Position numbers and translations under genes: made by a program. DNA of 64,000 nucleotides from Hypanus sabinus. Its lineage: Eukaryota. Under the pieces are notes generated by a model, which was given only the letters and a program-made list of their open reading frames with translations, had not been told where the DNA came from and did no database searches. Shown in pieces: positions 37,441-50,559 of the stretch (its first letter is position 1; every line of letters begins with the position of its first letter). Location of the stretch: positions 109,616,001 through 109,680,000 of the forward strand of contig NC_082718.1 in NCBI RefSeq assembly GCF_030144855.1, read 5' to 3'.

Positions 37441-38049
37441 AGCAGTAAATGTTGATTTTAGTATGTAAATCAAATTAGGAATTCTTGAGAATGAGTTTTG
37501 GTGCCCATAATATGGAGCTTATTCCAAGGTTCTTCGTTTATTAATTACTCTCATCCTGAGGATGAGCACTGATAGTGAATTCCAAAACAGAGGGTTATTT
37601 CCTCTTTGTATCAATTGCATAGTTATCCTCGCCTTTTAGTATGAAAAATGCAAATTTATTCCAAAGTATATTTTAAACTGTGATTTGCAAGAAAACTGCT
37701 TCCATTAAAAGTATTCACTACTAGTCTATTCCTTAGTCTATATTCATTTCTTTATAATATCACAAATTGAGGCAGAATTTTGGAAAATGAGAAATCATTG
37801 TAGGCAGTAGTAACTTTAATCTAAAGTGTTTTCCCATTTTCTCATATCCCTTTAACATTAATAAACACTTTGCAGGATTTGATGGGCATCCTAGCCTTGA
37901 CTAAAGATTCAATGATGTAAGCAGAAAATGCTGGAAGTAATCAGCATGTCAGGGAGAAAGTTTGGAAGCAGTTAATATTTTTTTAAAATATTTTACAAAT
38001 TTTAGCTGCTTCCAGTATTGTATTGATTTTTGATCAATTAGTTATCCAA

Positions 38050-38405
38050 GATCTCTTCAAGGAGTGGTCCCTCAGAGACATCCATTATTAAGGATCCCTG
38101 ACACCCAGGGCAAGCCCTCTTCTCATTGTTACAGTCATGAAGGAGGTGCAGAAGTCAGAAGGCATGCTCTCAGCAATTCAGGAACAGCTTCTTCCCCGCT
38201 GCTGTACAATTCCTAAAGTGGACATTGAGCCCTTGAACAGTACCTTACTTTTTTAATATATATTATTTCTGTTTCTGCACTATTTTAATCTATTCATATA
38301 CATATATATACTTTTACTTTTTCTCATTATTATTATTACATTGTACTGCTGCTAATAAGTTAACAAATTGTATGACACATGCCAATGATAATGAACCTGA
38401 TTCTG
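38050..38405 (+). mobile_element. Rex1/L2-like LINE 3' end
   Basis: 'atccattattaaggatccc..ttcaggaacagcttcttccc'; tail 'gataatgaacctgattctga'. Confidence 0.65.
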
Positions 38406-39563
38406 AAGTTGTCAAAAACTAGTCAATGTTGTAGGTTATGTGTTTGGATTTTTTATATATTTGTATATGTTATTGCTGCTCTCTGCAGCATCTAGGATTG
38501 TTGGTTACCAGTGGTAAAATGAGATTTCTTGCAGTGTTGATAAGAATGCATTTCCTTCATTTTGATACCAATTGTTATGTCATTTAGATCTGATGATTTT
38601 TGGTTTTTTAGAGCTTAGTTTTCCTGACAGATTTTCCAGTAAAATCAGTTTCTTTCAAAAAGTTATGATTTAGGTCTAGATTATGTCATTTAATTGGTTA
38701 TGTAGTTCATTCATAAAAATACTGAATATTAAAATGCCTACACATTAGGGTTGTGCTTTTGAGTGGCAGTGGTTTTGAAGAAATAAAGAAAAACTAGAAA
38801 GCAGTTCAGACAATATCTTTGGAAAGAAAAATCAAGTTAACATTTCAGATCAAAGGCCCTTGGTCAGAACTGTGAAAAGAGAAAATAAATTCTAAATAAG
38901 TTCTAAATGAAACCATCTGGTTGATAGGTTAGAGAGTAGTTTGTGAGAACACAAAATGAAAATTAAAGCTGGAAAATACTGAAGTTTAGCTGCTTTTAGA
39001 CTTAAACATGTTAAATTATAATGTGGAATGTGCTACCATTTTGCTATTGAGTGCAAGATTTGGTCTGATGTTTCAAAGTTCCAAGTACATTTATTATCAA
39101 AGTGTATATATACTAAATACAACCTTGACTCCGCTCCTTGCAGGCAGCTATAGAATAAAGAAACCCAACAGAACCCATTATAAAAAGAAAACTCAAATAC
39201 CCAACATGCAGGGAAAGAAACATGAAAGTAAGCAAATAACATTCAGAACTGAAGTTCACGAAAGTGAACACCATACCAAAAAAATAAAATTTTAGTCCAG
39301 CATTTTGGAAAGCAAGCCTCTTTTGGTTTTCCTTGGATCAAAATGCAAGAATGGATAAATTGTTTCGTTTGGTTTCCCAGCCTTTGCCTTAATCTGAAGT
39401 TTAAAGAATACTGGGACCACAATCCAGATTTGTATCACTTTAGTTATTATAGTTTGCAATAAAAATAGTGCTGGTAATAGAACAGGAAATGATTGTGTTT
39501 GCAATCCACCTGAATTTTACTTTGGTAAGTTTTTTTTGTTTGTTCTTTCAGATCAGCTTCAAT

Positions 39564-40059
39564 ATGCCTGTTTACTGCAACAGTTGTGGAAAGAAGGCAG
39601 CAGTCCTTAGGCGTCCCAAAACAGGGCATTCTCTTTGCAAAGAATGCTTTTTCTGGGCTTTTGAAGAGGAGATTCATCAGACAATCATATCTGCAAAGCT
39701 TTTCCAGAAGGGAGAGACTATTGGAATTGGGGCTTCTGGTGGGAAGGACTCAACTGTTTTGGCTCATATTTTGAAAGTCTTAAATGATCGATATAATTAT
39801 GGGTTAAATCTGATGTTGCTTTCTGTGGACGAAGGTATTAGTGGCTATCGTGATGACTCCTTAGAGACGGTAAAGAGAAACCAGCAACAGTATGATCTGC
39901 CACTCAAGATCATTTCCTATGAAGAGCTATATGGCTGGACAATGGATCAGATTGTGAAGAAAGTTGGTTTGAAGAACAACTGCACATTCTGCGGGGTCTT
40001 CAGACGGCAAGCTCTTGATCGTGGTGCCATGATGCTGAAAGTGGACAAGGTCTGCACAG
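39564..40059 (+). CDS. CTU1: CTU1 first coding exon (cytoplasmic tRNA 2-thiolation protein 1, Ncs6/ATPBD3)
   Basis: [16 protein letters not shown]-loop [36 protein letters not shown]; acceptor at 39550-39551; donor ACAG|GTAATG. Confidence 0.96.
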
Positions 40060-40993
40060 GTAATGCAGAACTAACTATATTTACCTCAGCCTATTCATAC
40101 AAACTTATATACATTGTAAATTACTTCAAAATATTCACTGTAAAAGAAATGCAATATTCCATCCATCTCTACCTCTCAAATGTTTTGAGCAAATCCACTT
40201 CTCTGTTTAGAAGATTCAGCCCAGAATAATTGATTTAATATACATTTTCTCCTCCATCTGTGTTCCAAAGCGTTTATATTTTCTTATTAGTTCAGACCTA
40301 CTTGTTTTTAATGTAATCAGCTACATTTCTTATGGCTTCCACTTTTTATGCTAGCTACTCAATGTGTAGAGTTATTTTATTTACTCGCAAGCTCATTAGA
40401 AAAATCATTCTCATCCTTTGTCTTGCACTTTGCTTACTCTTTCCCCACATAAGTGAATGGAAACCAGCTGTTCGGAAGCTTTTTGGTATAAATCCAACAC
40501 CCAATGACCATTGATTAACAATGGTATCTTGCACTTGATTTACTTTGGAAAATCGTTCATGATATTGAATAAGGATTAAATCTGGATGAGAGAAAATAGT
40601 GTTATAAGAATAAATGGGAATAATATAAAGCATTGTAAATGTTTCTGCATTAATGGACAAACTTAGAAAATTGTCAAAGGTTAATCAAGTTTTTCCACAG
40701 TTAACTTTTAACATAGCCACAACAAAAGTTATTCGAGCAAATAGGCTTTTGAGAATTTTTTTAAATGATTTTGGACACATTCAATTAATCTGGCAATCCT
40801 CAGCTAATTCAGTGTTTTGCACCAACACTGCTTTCTCTTAAGTTCTACTTAACCTTCCATGTTGATGTGATAATGTGGTTGTCTGGCTGGTCTTAATTCA
40901 AGGATGAGCCTGTGGACTTCTGACATGCACATTCATTCAGTAACAAGTATGTCTGTGTGTTGAAGATAACCTTTTTATTCCCTTCACACCCAG

Positions 40994-41523
40994 GTCACAA
41001 TGCAGATGATATTGCTGAGACAGTCTTGATGAATTTCCTGCGTGGAGATATTGCTCGCCTACGTCGCTGTACTGCGATTACTACAGGTAGTGAAGGGGCA
41101 ATTCCTCGTTGCAAACCACTCAAGTATGCTTATGAGAAAGAGATTGTGCTGTATGCTTACTTCAAGAAACTGGACTACTTCTCCACTGAATGTGTGTATT
41201 CTCCTAATGCATATCGGGGCTATGCCCGTACTTTCCTGAAAGACCTGGAGTCAATCCGACCAAGTGCTATTATGGATGTGATTCACTCTGGTGAAAACCT
41301 CTCTGTGAAAGAGGATGTGAAGATGCCCAAGCAGGGCACTTGTGTACGCTGTGGTTACATTTCTAGCCAAGGGCTCTGCAAGGCTTGTGTTCTTTTGGAG
41401 GGGCTGAACCGTGGGCTTCCCAAACTTGGTATTGGCAAGCATGCAAAATTGCATAGCCGACTTCTAAACAAAGAACCACTCACTGAAGCAGAGAAGAAGA
41501 AGTTAAGAGTAGTTGATTTATGA
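40994..41523 (+). CDS. CTU1: CTU1 last coding exon
   Basis: G|[45 protein letters not shown]-terminal CxxC..CKAC; phase matches the upstream exon; 341 aa in total. Confidence 0.96.
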
Positions 41524-42219
41524 ATACTTGCAGCTACTTTGACATCTAGGTTTAAGTTATATATCTTGGCCAAAGCTGCCTTAAAGTGTTAAGTGGCCAT
41601 TTTCTGATGAAGGTGCTTTTACCAATCTGAATAGAATTGCTGGCACGAAGCATTTTTATCATGTTCATGTCTGCCAGCATAGCAATATTATGAAGTAACA
41701 TTTAAATTAAGTTAAATTGCAAGGACAGTGAATTTATCGTTAAAACATTTGGAGTAATCTTTGTAAGAGAGGTGGAATCTGCTGCTGAGGACCCAACACC
41801 AATCTGTTCTTTACCTAAAATTCTTACAATGGAACAGTAAAACTAATGTACAGGGTTTCTTTTTTTGAAAAGCAGAGATTTTTGAGTATTAGATAAAGGT
41901 CAAGTGCAATAGTTGATCCATAGGTAATGTATGATTTGCACCATGTTAAGAAAATCTGTGTTTATGAATGCCTTTGTATATCAAGTTTAAGGTAATTAAA
42001 GGAAGAAAAAAATATATAACCGAGATGATGAAATTTCCTCTTCTAGGAAGAGAATTCTATTTAAACTTGGTTAATCTGAATGTTGTTCCTGTTTTAGTAA
42101 AACCAGAACGTTAATCTCTTTGGTTTTGGTTTAGGTAGAATGGAGTTTGCAGATTTGCTCAGAGGTGGAACTATAAATCGTATAGTTGGTGGGGAAAAGA
42201 ACCCAGAACAAATAGTGCC

Positions 42220-42385
42220 ATGAAGTTAGATATGGCCCTTGTGGCTAAATGGATCAGGGGGTATGGAGAGAAAACAGGTACAGTTCTGAGTTGGATGATC
42301 ATCCATGATCATACTGAATGGCAGTGCAAGCTCAAAGGGCCGAATGGCCTACTCCTGCACCTATTTTCTATGTTTCTATGTTTTT
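42220..42385 (+). mobile_element. CR1 3' end
   Basis: 'aagggccgaatggcctactcctgcacctattttctatgtttctatg'. Confidence 0.8.
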
Positions 42386-42504
42386 TTTCTATGACTACTG
42401 GTACCCAGGGTGCCTAACGTTAGCATTTGTTCTTCTAAAAAAAATGGCTCAAAGATTACACTGTTGGCACTAAGATCCTTCACCTTGCTGAGATTTGTGG
42501 TTAG

Positions 42505-45290
42505 ATTTATAGAACCCTACAGCACAGTCTCTGAGCCTTCAGCTCAAATAGTCCATGCCAAACCATCAATTTGCCTAGTTCCATTGATTTGCACTGGGAC
42601 CATAGCCCTCCATACACCTCCCATCCATGTACCTCTCCAAATTTTTCTTAAATGTTGAAATCGGCCCAGCATCCACCATTTGTGCTGAAAGCTTATTCCA
42701 CATTCTCACCATCCTCTGAGTGAAGGAGTTTCCCCTCATGTTCCCTTAAACATTTCAACTTCCACATTTAATCCATGACCTTTAGTTCTAGTCTCACCCA
42801 ATCTCAATGGAAAAAGCCTACTTGTATTTACCCAATCTATACCCCTCATAATTTTGTATATCTGTATCAAGTCTCACGTCCATCTTCCAGTCAGAGAGGC
42901 AACCATCTACAACTCTCTGGCTTCTTCCGCAAAGCCAATGTCTAATCCAATTTACTATCTCATCTTGAATTCCAAGTGACTGAACCTACTTGACCAACCT
43001 CCCATGCAGGACTTTGTCAAAGGCCTTGCTAAAGCCCATGTAGACAACATTCACAGCCTTGCCTTCATCAACTTTTCTGGTAACTTCCTCATAGAATACT
43101 ATATGATTGGTTAAACATGACTTGCCGCGCATAAAGCCATGTTGACTATCCCTAATCAGTCCCTGTCTTTTCAAATACTTGTATACTCAGTCTTTTAGAA
43201 TACCTTCCAATAACTTTGCCACAATTGATGTCAGGCTCATTGGCCAATAATTTCCTGCATATTCTTAGAGCTTTTCTTAAGCAATTGAACAACATTATCC
43301 TTCAGCATCCCACCTGTGGCTAAGGATGTTTTAGATATCTGCTAGAGCCCCTGCAGTTTCTGCACTAGTCTTCTGCAGGATCTTGGGGAGACACATTGTC
43401 AGGCCTTGTGGATTTATCCACTCTAATTTGTCTCGAAACAGCAGACTCCTCTCTGAAATCGGTATAGGGTCCATGACCTCACTGCTGTAATTGCCTCACA
43501 TCAATAGACTTTGTGTCCATTTCCAGAGTAAATACAGAATGCAAAAAATTCATTTAAGATCACGCACATCTGTTTTGGCTCCACACATAGATTACCACTC
43601 TGATCTTTCAGAAGACCAATTTTGTCCCCTACTGTCCTTCTATTCTTAATATATCTGTAAAAGCCTTTAGGATTCTCCTTCAACTTGTCTGCTGGAGCAA
43701 CCTCATGTTTTCTTCTAGCCCTCCTGATTTCTTCAAGTGTTCTCTTGCATTTCTTCTTCTGCTCAAGTACCTGCTATGCACCTCCTTTTTTTCAACTAGG
43801 GCCTCAAATGTTCCCTAAATCTGTTATCCTTGCCTTTTATTTTGACAGGAACATACAAACTGTACTATTAAAATATTACTTTTGAGGGCCTCCCACTTAC
43901 TAAGAACATCTTTGCTGGAAAACAACCTATCCAAATTCACACTTGCCAGATCTTTTCTGATACCATCTAAGTTGGCCTTTCCAATTTAGAATCTCAACCT
44001 GCAGACCAGACCTATCTTTTTGCATATTTACTTTAACACTAATGGCATTGTGATCACTAGATGCAAAACGTTTCCCTATACAAACTTATGTTACCTGCCC
44101 TGTCTCATTCCTTGTAATAGACAAAGTATTGCACACACTCTCATTGGGACTTCTATGTACTGATTAAGGAAACTTAGCTGAACACATTTGACAAACTCTA
44201 TCCCATCTGGTCCGTTTTATAGTATGGGAATACCAGTCAATATGTGCAAAGTATAAAATCACCTATTATCACAATGTTATATTTCTTGATCCTCTAAATC
44301 CTGTGGAATGTTGTTTGGTCTATAATATCTTATTATTGCAGTCATGCCTTTCTTATTCCTCATTTCTACTCATAAAGCCTCTAGATGAACTCTCCAGTCT
44401 GCCCTGTCTGAGCACTGCTATTTTTCTTGACTAGTAGTGCCATCCCTCCCACTCTCTCAGGTTTAAAACAACAGAACCATGAAACACAGCTGCCAGTCCT
44501 TCCCCTCCTGCAACCAAGTCTCATTAATGGCTACAATGTCTTAATTCCACATGCTGATCCATGCCCTAAGCTTGTCAGCCTTTCCTACAATACTCCTTGC
44601 ATTTAAATATATGTGGCTCAGAATATTTGTTCCACCATGCTCAACCTTTTGATACCCGACTGTGTATGTAGGCTTAACAACATCTTTCTCCACAACCTCT
44701 TCACTATCTGTTCTGGTGCTCTGTTTCCCTCATCCCACCCCCCAATCTCTAGTTTAAGTCCCCCTCCCTCCACTGTGCAGCATTAGCAAACCTTCCTGCA
44801 AGGATATTAGCCCCCTCCAGTTCAGGTGCAAACCATCCATTCTGTACACGTCCCACCTTCCCAGGAAAAGAGCCCAATGATTCAAAAAGAAAACTGAAGC
44901 CCTCCTTCCTGCACCAACTCCTTAGCCACATGTTAAACTGTATGATCTTCCTATTTCTGGCCTCACTAGCACAAGGCATGGATAGCAATCCTAAAATCGC
45001 AATCCTTTAACTTCGTACCTAACTCCCTGAACTCAGTTTGCAGCACCTTGTTACCCATCCTACGCATGTCATTGGTACCGATATGGACCACAATCTCTGG
45101 GTGCTCACCCTCCCACTTGCTGAGAATGCTGAAGACTGGATCCAAGATGTTGCTGACCCGGGAGACGACAAACCATCCAGGAAGTTCATTCTTGTCCATA
45201 GAACCGCCTTTCTATTCCCCTAACAAACAAATCTCCTATCACTACTCCTATCATTTCTTCTCTCCCCACCCACTTCCCTTCTGAGCCATT
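42505..45290 (-). mobile_element. CR1 LINE with an internal deletion; retains ORF1 SGNH-esterase remnant
   Basis: SQHGFMRGKSCLTN, FSKAFDKV, KENPKGFYRY, FNMWLRSWC, VVHIGTND. Confidence 0.9.
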
Positions 45291-45439
45291 AGTGTGTTAT
45301 GCAATTCATTCTATGCACATTAGACCTCAAGCATGGTTTGAATTGATTTGGAGTAAGACTGCTTTTGGAGGGAAGGTAGATTAATCTGAATGCGGGTCGG
45401 TCTAGGCTATTTACTGAAATTTAAAACTGTCAGTGGCAG

Positions 45440-45730
45440 AGATCTGAAATAAAACATGAAATGTTGGAAACACTATAGAAGTTGGCAATGTCTTGTGAAA
45501 AGACAAGCAGATTTTAACCCTGACTTTCCAAGGTTCATTTTGGCCTTTCCTTATCAGAAATATTCCCTTTGTCTTATTTACCCTTTACCATCCTCTCTGC
45601 AGATGTAAACTATTGTGTTTTTTCATACCTTGCCAGTTCTGATGAAGGGTCTTCAACATGAAACGTTAGTTTCTTTTCTACAGATGCTGACAGACCAGAT
45701 GACTTTTCCACTGTTTTCTGTTGATTTCTT
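45440..45730. mobile_element. Degenerate Penelope-derived element with a hammerhead-like core
   Basis: CAGTT-CTGATGA-AGGGTCTTCAACAT-GAAA-CG-TT at ~45634-45667. Confidence 0.6.
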
Positions 45731-47799
45731 TGGTTATGTACTGCATTAGCTGAGCAAGTATTGGATGGCAGTTTGACTGGCTGTTTTACCAACTCAGTAT
45801 ATAAGATTCTCATAACTTCTATTTTTCTCCTTGATAACCATGTATTCCTTCTAGTCCTCTCTCTTGACTGGTACTGGAACATCATAGACTGCAGAATATG
45901 GTTTGGAAGTGCTTTAGCGAAGAACTGTCAGTCCTTTCCATACTTGGACATATGGGCAAATTAAAATTAGATCGATGTTCATAACTAGATAAATGAGGGT
46001 AAAACCTTTAATTTTTAAGGTCTTTTCTGTTTTTGTAGAAATAACCCAATTGAAATGTTTTCGCTCTGGTATAAAAGAGTAGGATGTGGTGGTTTAGTGA
46101 TTTGGGGATTAGTGGTTTACAATGATATCCATACTGAACACTACCCTGGCAAGACAGCCTGGTATGATTCTACATTGTGTGTTTAACTCAGTACAAAGTT
46201 TACCAATTTAGTTTTGTATTATGCTAATTGACATCTGGATTTATTTTAATAAAATAATTTAATAAATTGATTCAAGTATTTTATGTTGCCTACATTTCAA
46301 ACCAGCCTCTACATCTACATGACATCAAAGCAAACCTAGTCAGTACTGCTAGTAATCAACTGATACCATAAACTTACCATTTGTGATGTTTGAAAAAACG
46401 CACTGCTCCTCTGATGGTAGCTCAATATTTGTTCATATATTTGTACTGGTTTAGTAAAGTAATTACAAAACCATTGAGAAGGTCAGTGTAGTTGGTTGGG
46501 AAATACAGATGGATTTTATTCTCAGTTAGTTGCAGGCAAGTATTTTTTTAACAAGTTGTACCTAAGCTGCTAGTGGCGGGTGCCAATTTGTGTTGCCGCC
46601 GGCATGTGTGAGCTGCCCCCAGCGTATCCTTGAAGTGTGTTGGTTGTTAATGCAAATGACACATTTCACTGTATATACATTGATAAATAAACTTAAATCT
46701 CGAATGTTCATCTGTTTTAAATGTCTTGTTCTGCAAAAAAAGGACTGTGTAAAAAGGAGTGAACTGCATGATTGCAGTATTACTTTATTTCATCTCCATA
46801 ATGACCTAAAACTTAAAACTACATATAGTTCTGTGATGTAATACAAAGATACACATGGCTGTGTACGAAGATACGCATTTTTAGACAACACTTTCAATAA
46901 ACCTTGGGAATCATACAGCAGTAACCACTGATGTTTACAAACTGATACTGTCACAGTAATTCACATTTTAAGCAGTGTGAAAGTCATACTGTGTTCAAGG
47001 CTGTTATTCTACACTAATTATCACACTTCTTCGTGAAATTAGAATAGATGCCAGTTTTAGAGTAAGAAAAGAGCTTGCTCCTGTCTGATCTTTACTGGTA
47101 GGCTACATTTGAGGTGCTGATATCAAACTGAATGTAGAAGGTGTGCCAGTTTTTTCTTAATATATAATACCACTACACATTCAGCAGCTTGATTCTGGCC
47201 TCAGTCAACCTTTGCGTGTCATCTTAATGTTTATCACTGCCATAAGAATAGGGAAGTCCTGACCTGTTCAGTTTCTGCTTGCTCTGTCAAGTGTAATTCC
47301 TTGTTCCTGTTTGCACAGCAGTTGTGTTAAACGTCCCCTCCCTAAGTCTGTAGTGTAATAGCAACTGGTAAATTTGTTTGTCAAAACAACTGACTCACTG
47401 CTGCCTTCCTGACATTGTAGGCTGAATGGTCAAGTGTAGCAGAAAGCCACCGGATTAACTGTGTATGCACATTCTATGTTTCAGGTTGAATTGTTCCATC
47501 TAAAGATTAGATTAGCTTTATTTATCAAGTGTACACTGAAATATAGTGAAACGGGTTGTTTGTACCAAGGATATGCTGGGGGGGGGGGGGCAGCCCACAT
47601 GCTGCCAGCAACTACATTGCATGCCCAGAACTTGCTTACCCTAACTCTAGAATGTGGAAGTAAACTGGAGCACTTGGAGAAAATCAGTACAGTTACGGAG
47701 TCCTCATAGACAGTGGTGGGAATTGAACCTCAATCTTACAGGTGGCAATGTAAAGAATTATGCTAACTGCTATGCTACCATACTACCTCACATGTGGAC

Positions 47800-48060
47800 T
47801 GAAAGATGGAGGAGAGATAGCAAGATGAGGAGAAGGTGGATCCAGGTAAGAAGGTGTGATAGACAAATGGAGGAGGGAAGGGTAGACCTATCAGAGCCTG
47901 GGAGATATGTTGAGGCAAAAGAGGAATGATAAAATCTGATAGGAAAGTGGAGCTTGGAACTAAATAAGGAAGTTGGGATGGGCAGATGGGACAGTAAGGG
48001 GAGAGACCTAGTAGAAATAGTGATTAAATTCCAGTAGTCACTGGAAAGTCTAATATCTAG
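47800..48060 (-). mobile_element. Probable Penelope 3' region remnant
   Basis: Purine-rich + strand tract like 36960-37165, ending in 'ggaaagtctaatat'. Confidence 0.4.
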
Positions 48061-49219
48061 TTTCTGTTCAGAGAAAATTGCTTTCTGCAAAAACCTTTTT
48101 CATGAAGTTGCTCTCTGCTCTGCAGCATCTCAAGTAATTTGATCTCATAATTTTCATCACATGAGAAAACATTGAACACAGGTTCAGTGTTGGGAAATAC
48201 CTTGTGATGGCAGAGACAGATATTGAAATAATAGAGGTCATGTGTGCATTGCATAAAATCTCTGCTCCAAACAGAACATCACAAAAAAAATCTAGCCATT
48301 CTGACTTTTGAATTTATCTTTACAGCCATTCAGTTTTTGGACTTGCCTATATTTTAGAGCAGTTAATTCAGTGTTAATCACTATGGCATTGCATATCTGA
48401 AATTGATATTCATTACATTGAGGATTAGAAGAGTGGGGGTAAATGATTGGGAAGGAAGCTAGTAATGAGGTAGACAGAAGTAGGTGATAAAGAGTAGTGT
48501 TAGATGAATAGGGAAGTTAGTACAAGGAAGGAGGAGGGATGGAAAAGAGGAATGGGAAAGTGATTAGAGAATGGAAGGAGAACAAAGCTTAGGGCAGAAG
48601 TGGAAGGGAGGAAAAACTTGGGTAAGGGTGGGAATATATGTTAGGATGACATTGTGTAAAGTGAACTATTCCCTGAGGCTCAATTGGTATTACTGGTGGT
48701 AGAGTAGTAGGTCAGGATCAATTTCAATTTTCCTGCAGAAGTAGGAGGGTGGGGAATGAATGGAAGTGCTGCTGTAGAGAGATAAATGGTCATTAGTCTA
48801 GAACAGATTATATGAGCAAAAAAATTGTATGGTATGTTCTTTAAAAGGTGCATCATGAGGATGATAGGTTAAGCAAGCAAGAAAACAGGTAGGAACAAGC
48901 GGGACAGCTAGGCGTACATGATTCGTCTGCCAACTGCACTAAGGCAGGGATATGGTAAGCCCATTTATATTTAGAATTCATATCCTTCGCTCAAACCCCT
49001 ATAGAAAAAAAATTACAATATTTCACAATCTTTTGGGTACCATTTTGTTTTGGACAACTGAGAGGAAAGGTGGCCTGGAATATATTGAATGAACGCTAGA
49101 TCATGAGCCAAAAGACTTGGCACAGAGACAGAAATAAACTTTCTGTCATAATCCCACATCTGTGACAGAAAACGTGGAATCCTGGGCAGCCCAGCAGTGC
49201 AACTAATACAGAACTGCTG

Positions 49220-49520
49220 TTTCACATCTCCGGTGACCCGGGTTTAATCCCGGTCCGCAACACAGGCTCTGTAGGTTTTGTATGTTTTCCATGAGACAGC
49301 ATTGTCTTCCTTTGGCTGCTCCAGTTTCCTCACAGATAGGTCGAGAGGCTAATTGGCCATAGCAATTTGCCCCTAGTGTGCAGCTAGAGTAGAATTAGAG
49401 GGGAATGTAGTGAGAATAAAGAGAATTATTGTAGGATTAATGTAGGAAGGCTTTTGATGATTGGTACAGACTTGGCAGACCAAACGGCCACTTTCTTACT
49501 TCTTGACTCCCTGACTCTTA
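49220..49520 (+). mobile_element. tRNA-derived SINE
   Basis: B-box-like 'gacccgggtttaatccc', 'ccagtttcctc', 'aattggccatagcaatttgcccctagtgt'. Confidence 0.65.
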
Positions 49521-50559
49521 ATAAACTGCTTTGGGATAGTGATTAAAGGTGTGCTTACACCATAACAAGCCAACTTCAGATTTTCAGTGAGAACAAATCT
49601 ACAAAGGGGCTGAGCTTGCTCTAAGTTGAACACTGAAACCCCTTAGAAAAACAAATCTCACATTACTCACACAATGTGCAAATCCACTTTACCACCAGGC
49701 ACATGACAAGTCTTCAGAGCTGTCTGAAGATTTATATGTGGAACTGTTAGGAAAGGGCTCAGTTCGTGTCTGTGTCCGGTTACATGCAGAGCTTTCGTTT
49801 GGGCAGGACTGTTCAGGTTTAGACAGGCAGCAGCTAGGTCATATGAATGCACATGAAACCTGAGCAGAATCTGAAATCTTAGACACTTGATTTTAAGTGT
49901 AAAGGAACCCTCAGTGAACTAAAGGTAAGCAGATCTTTACAAGCTTAATTGTTGATATGTTTGTGAGACACAGAGGAAACAGCATGGTCACTACAAAAAA
50001 GTATAACAGCACATATTTGAAAAACCATAGGTATACTTTCCAAGTATAAAATACTTCAATCATAATTAGTTGATGGAAAGGGCCGAAACGGGCTCAAAAA
50101 TAAACAGTAGCCTCAATTCACAGCAAGTGATACTAATGGTGGCTAATAATGATTTTTACAAAATTATCTCTGATGCCTCCAGGAAATCTGCATCAGATTA
50201 TATCAGTAGATTGAATCCTCCATATTCTCATTATTCATGAGGGGCATTGTACAAAGCCCCTCTTCTGTCATATCAGATCACATTTCAAGTGAGTCATGTT
50301 ACAATAGCCTTAGGTCAAATTTGTTCATTTGACATTCATTATGAAGTTTCCTAAAAATAAGAGTCCCTATAGATCCCCAATGAATGAATGAATGCTCACT
50401 TAGCTGTATGGAATCATTGATCTGGGTGTCAGACAGCAGGACTGGGGTGGGGGGGGGGGGGGGTGGAAGGCAGCTACAATTGACCACAGTGATTCAGGAC
50501 TGGAAAGATAAAGAAAAGTTATACTTGTTTTGCACTCCCTGTAAATATGTCTAAATATT

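Noticed and set aside
39468-40229. 253-aa ORF as a full protein
   Set aside because: Both ends run into introns; the true exon is 39552-40059. The same applies to the start of ORF 40957
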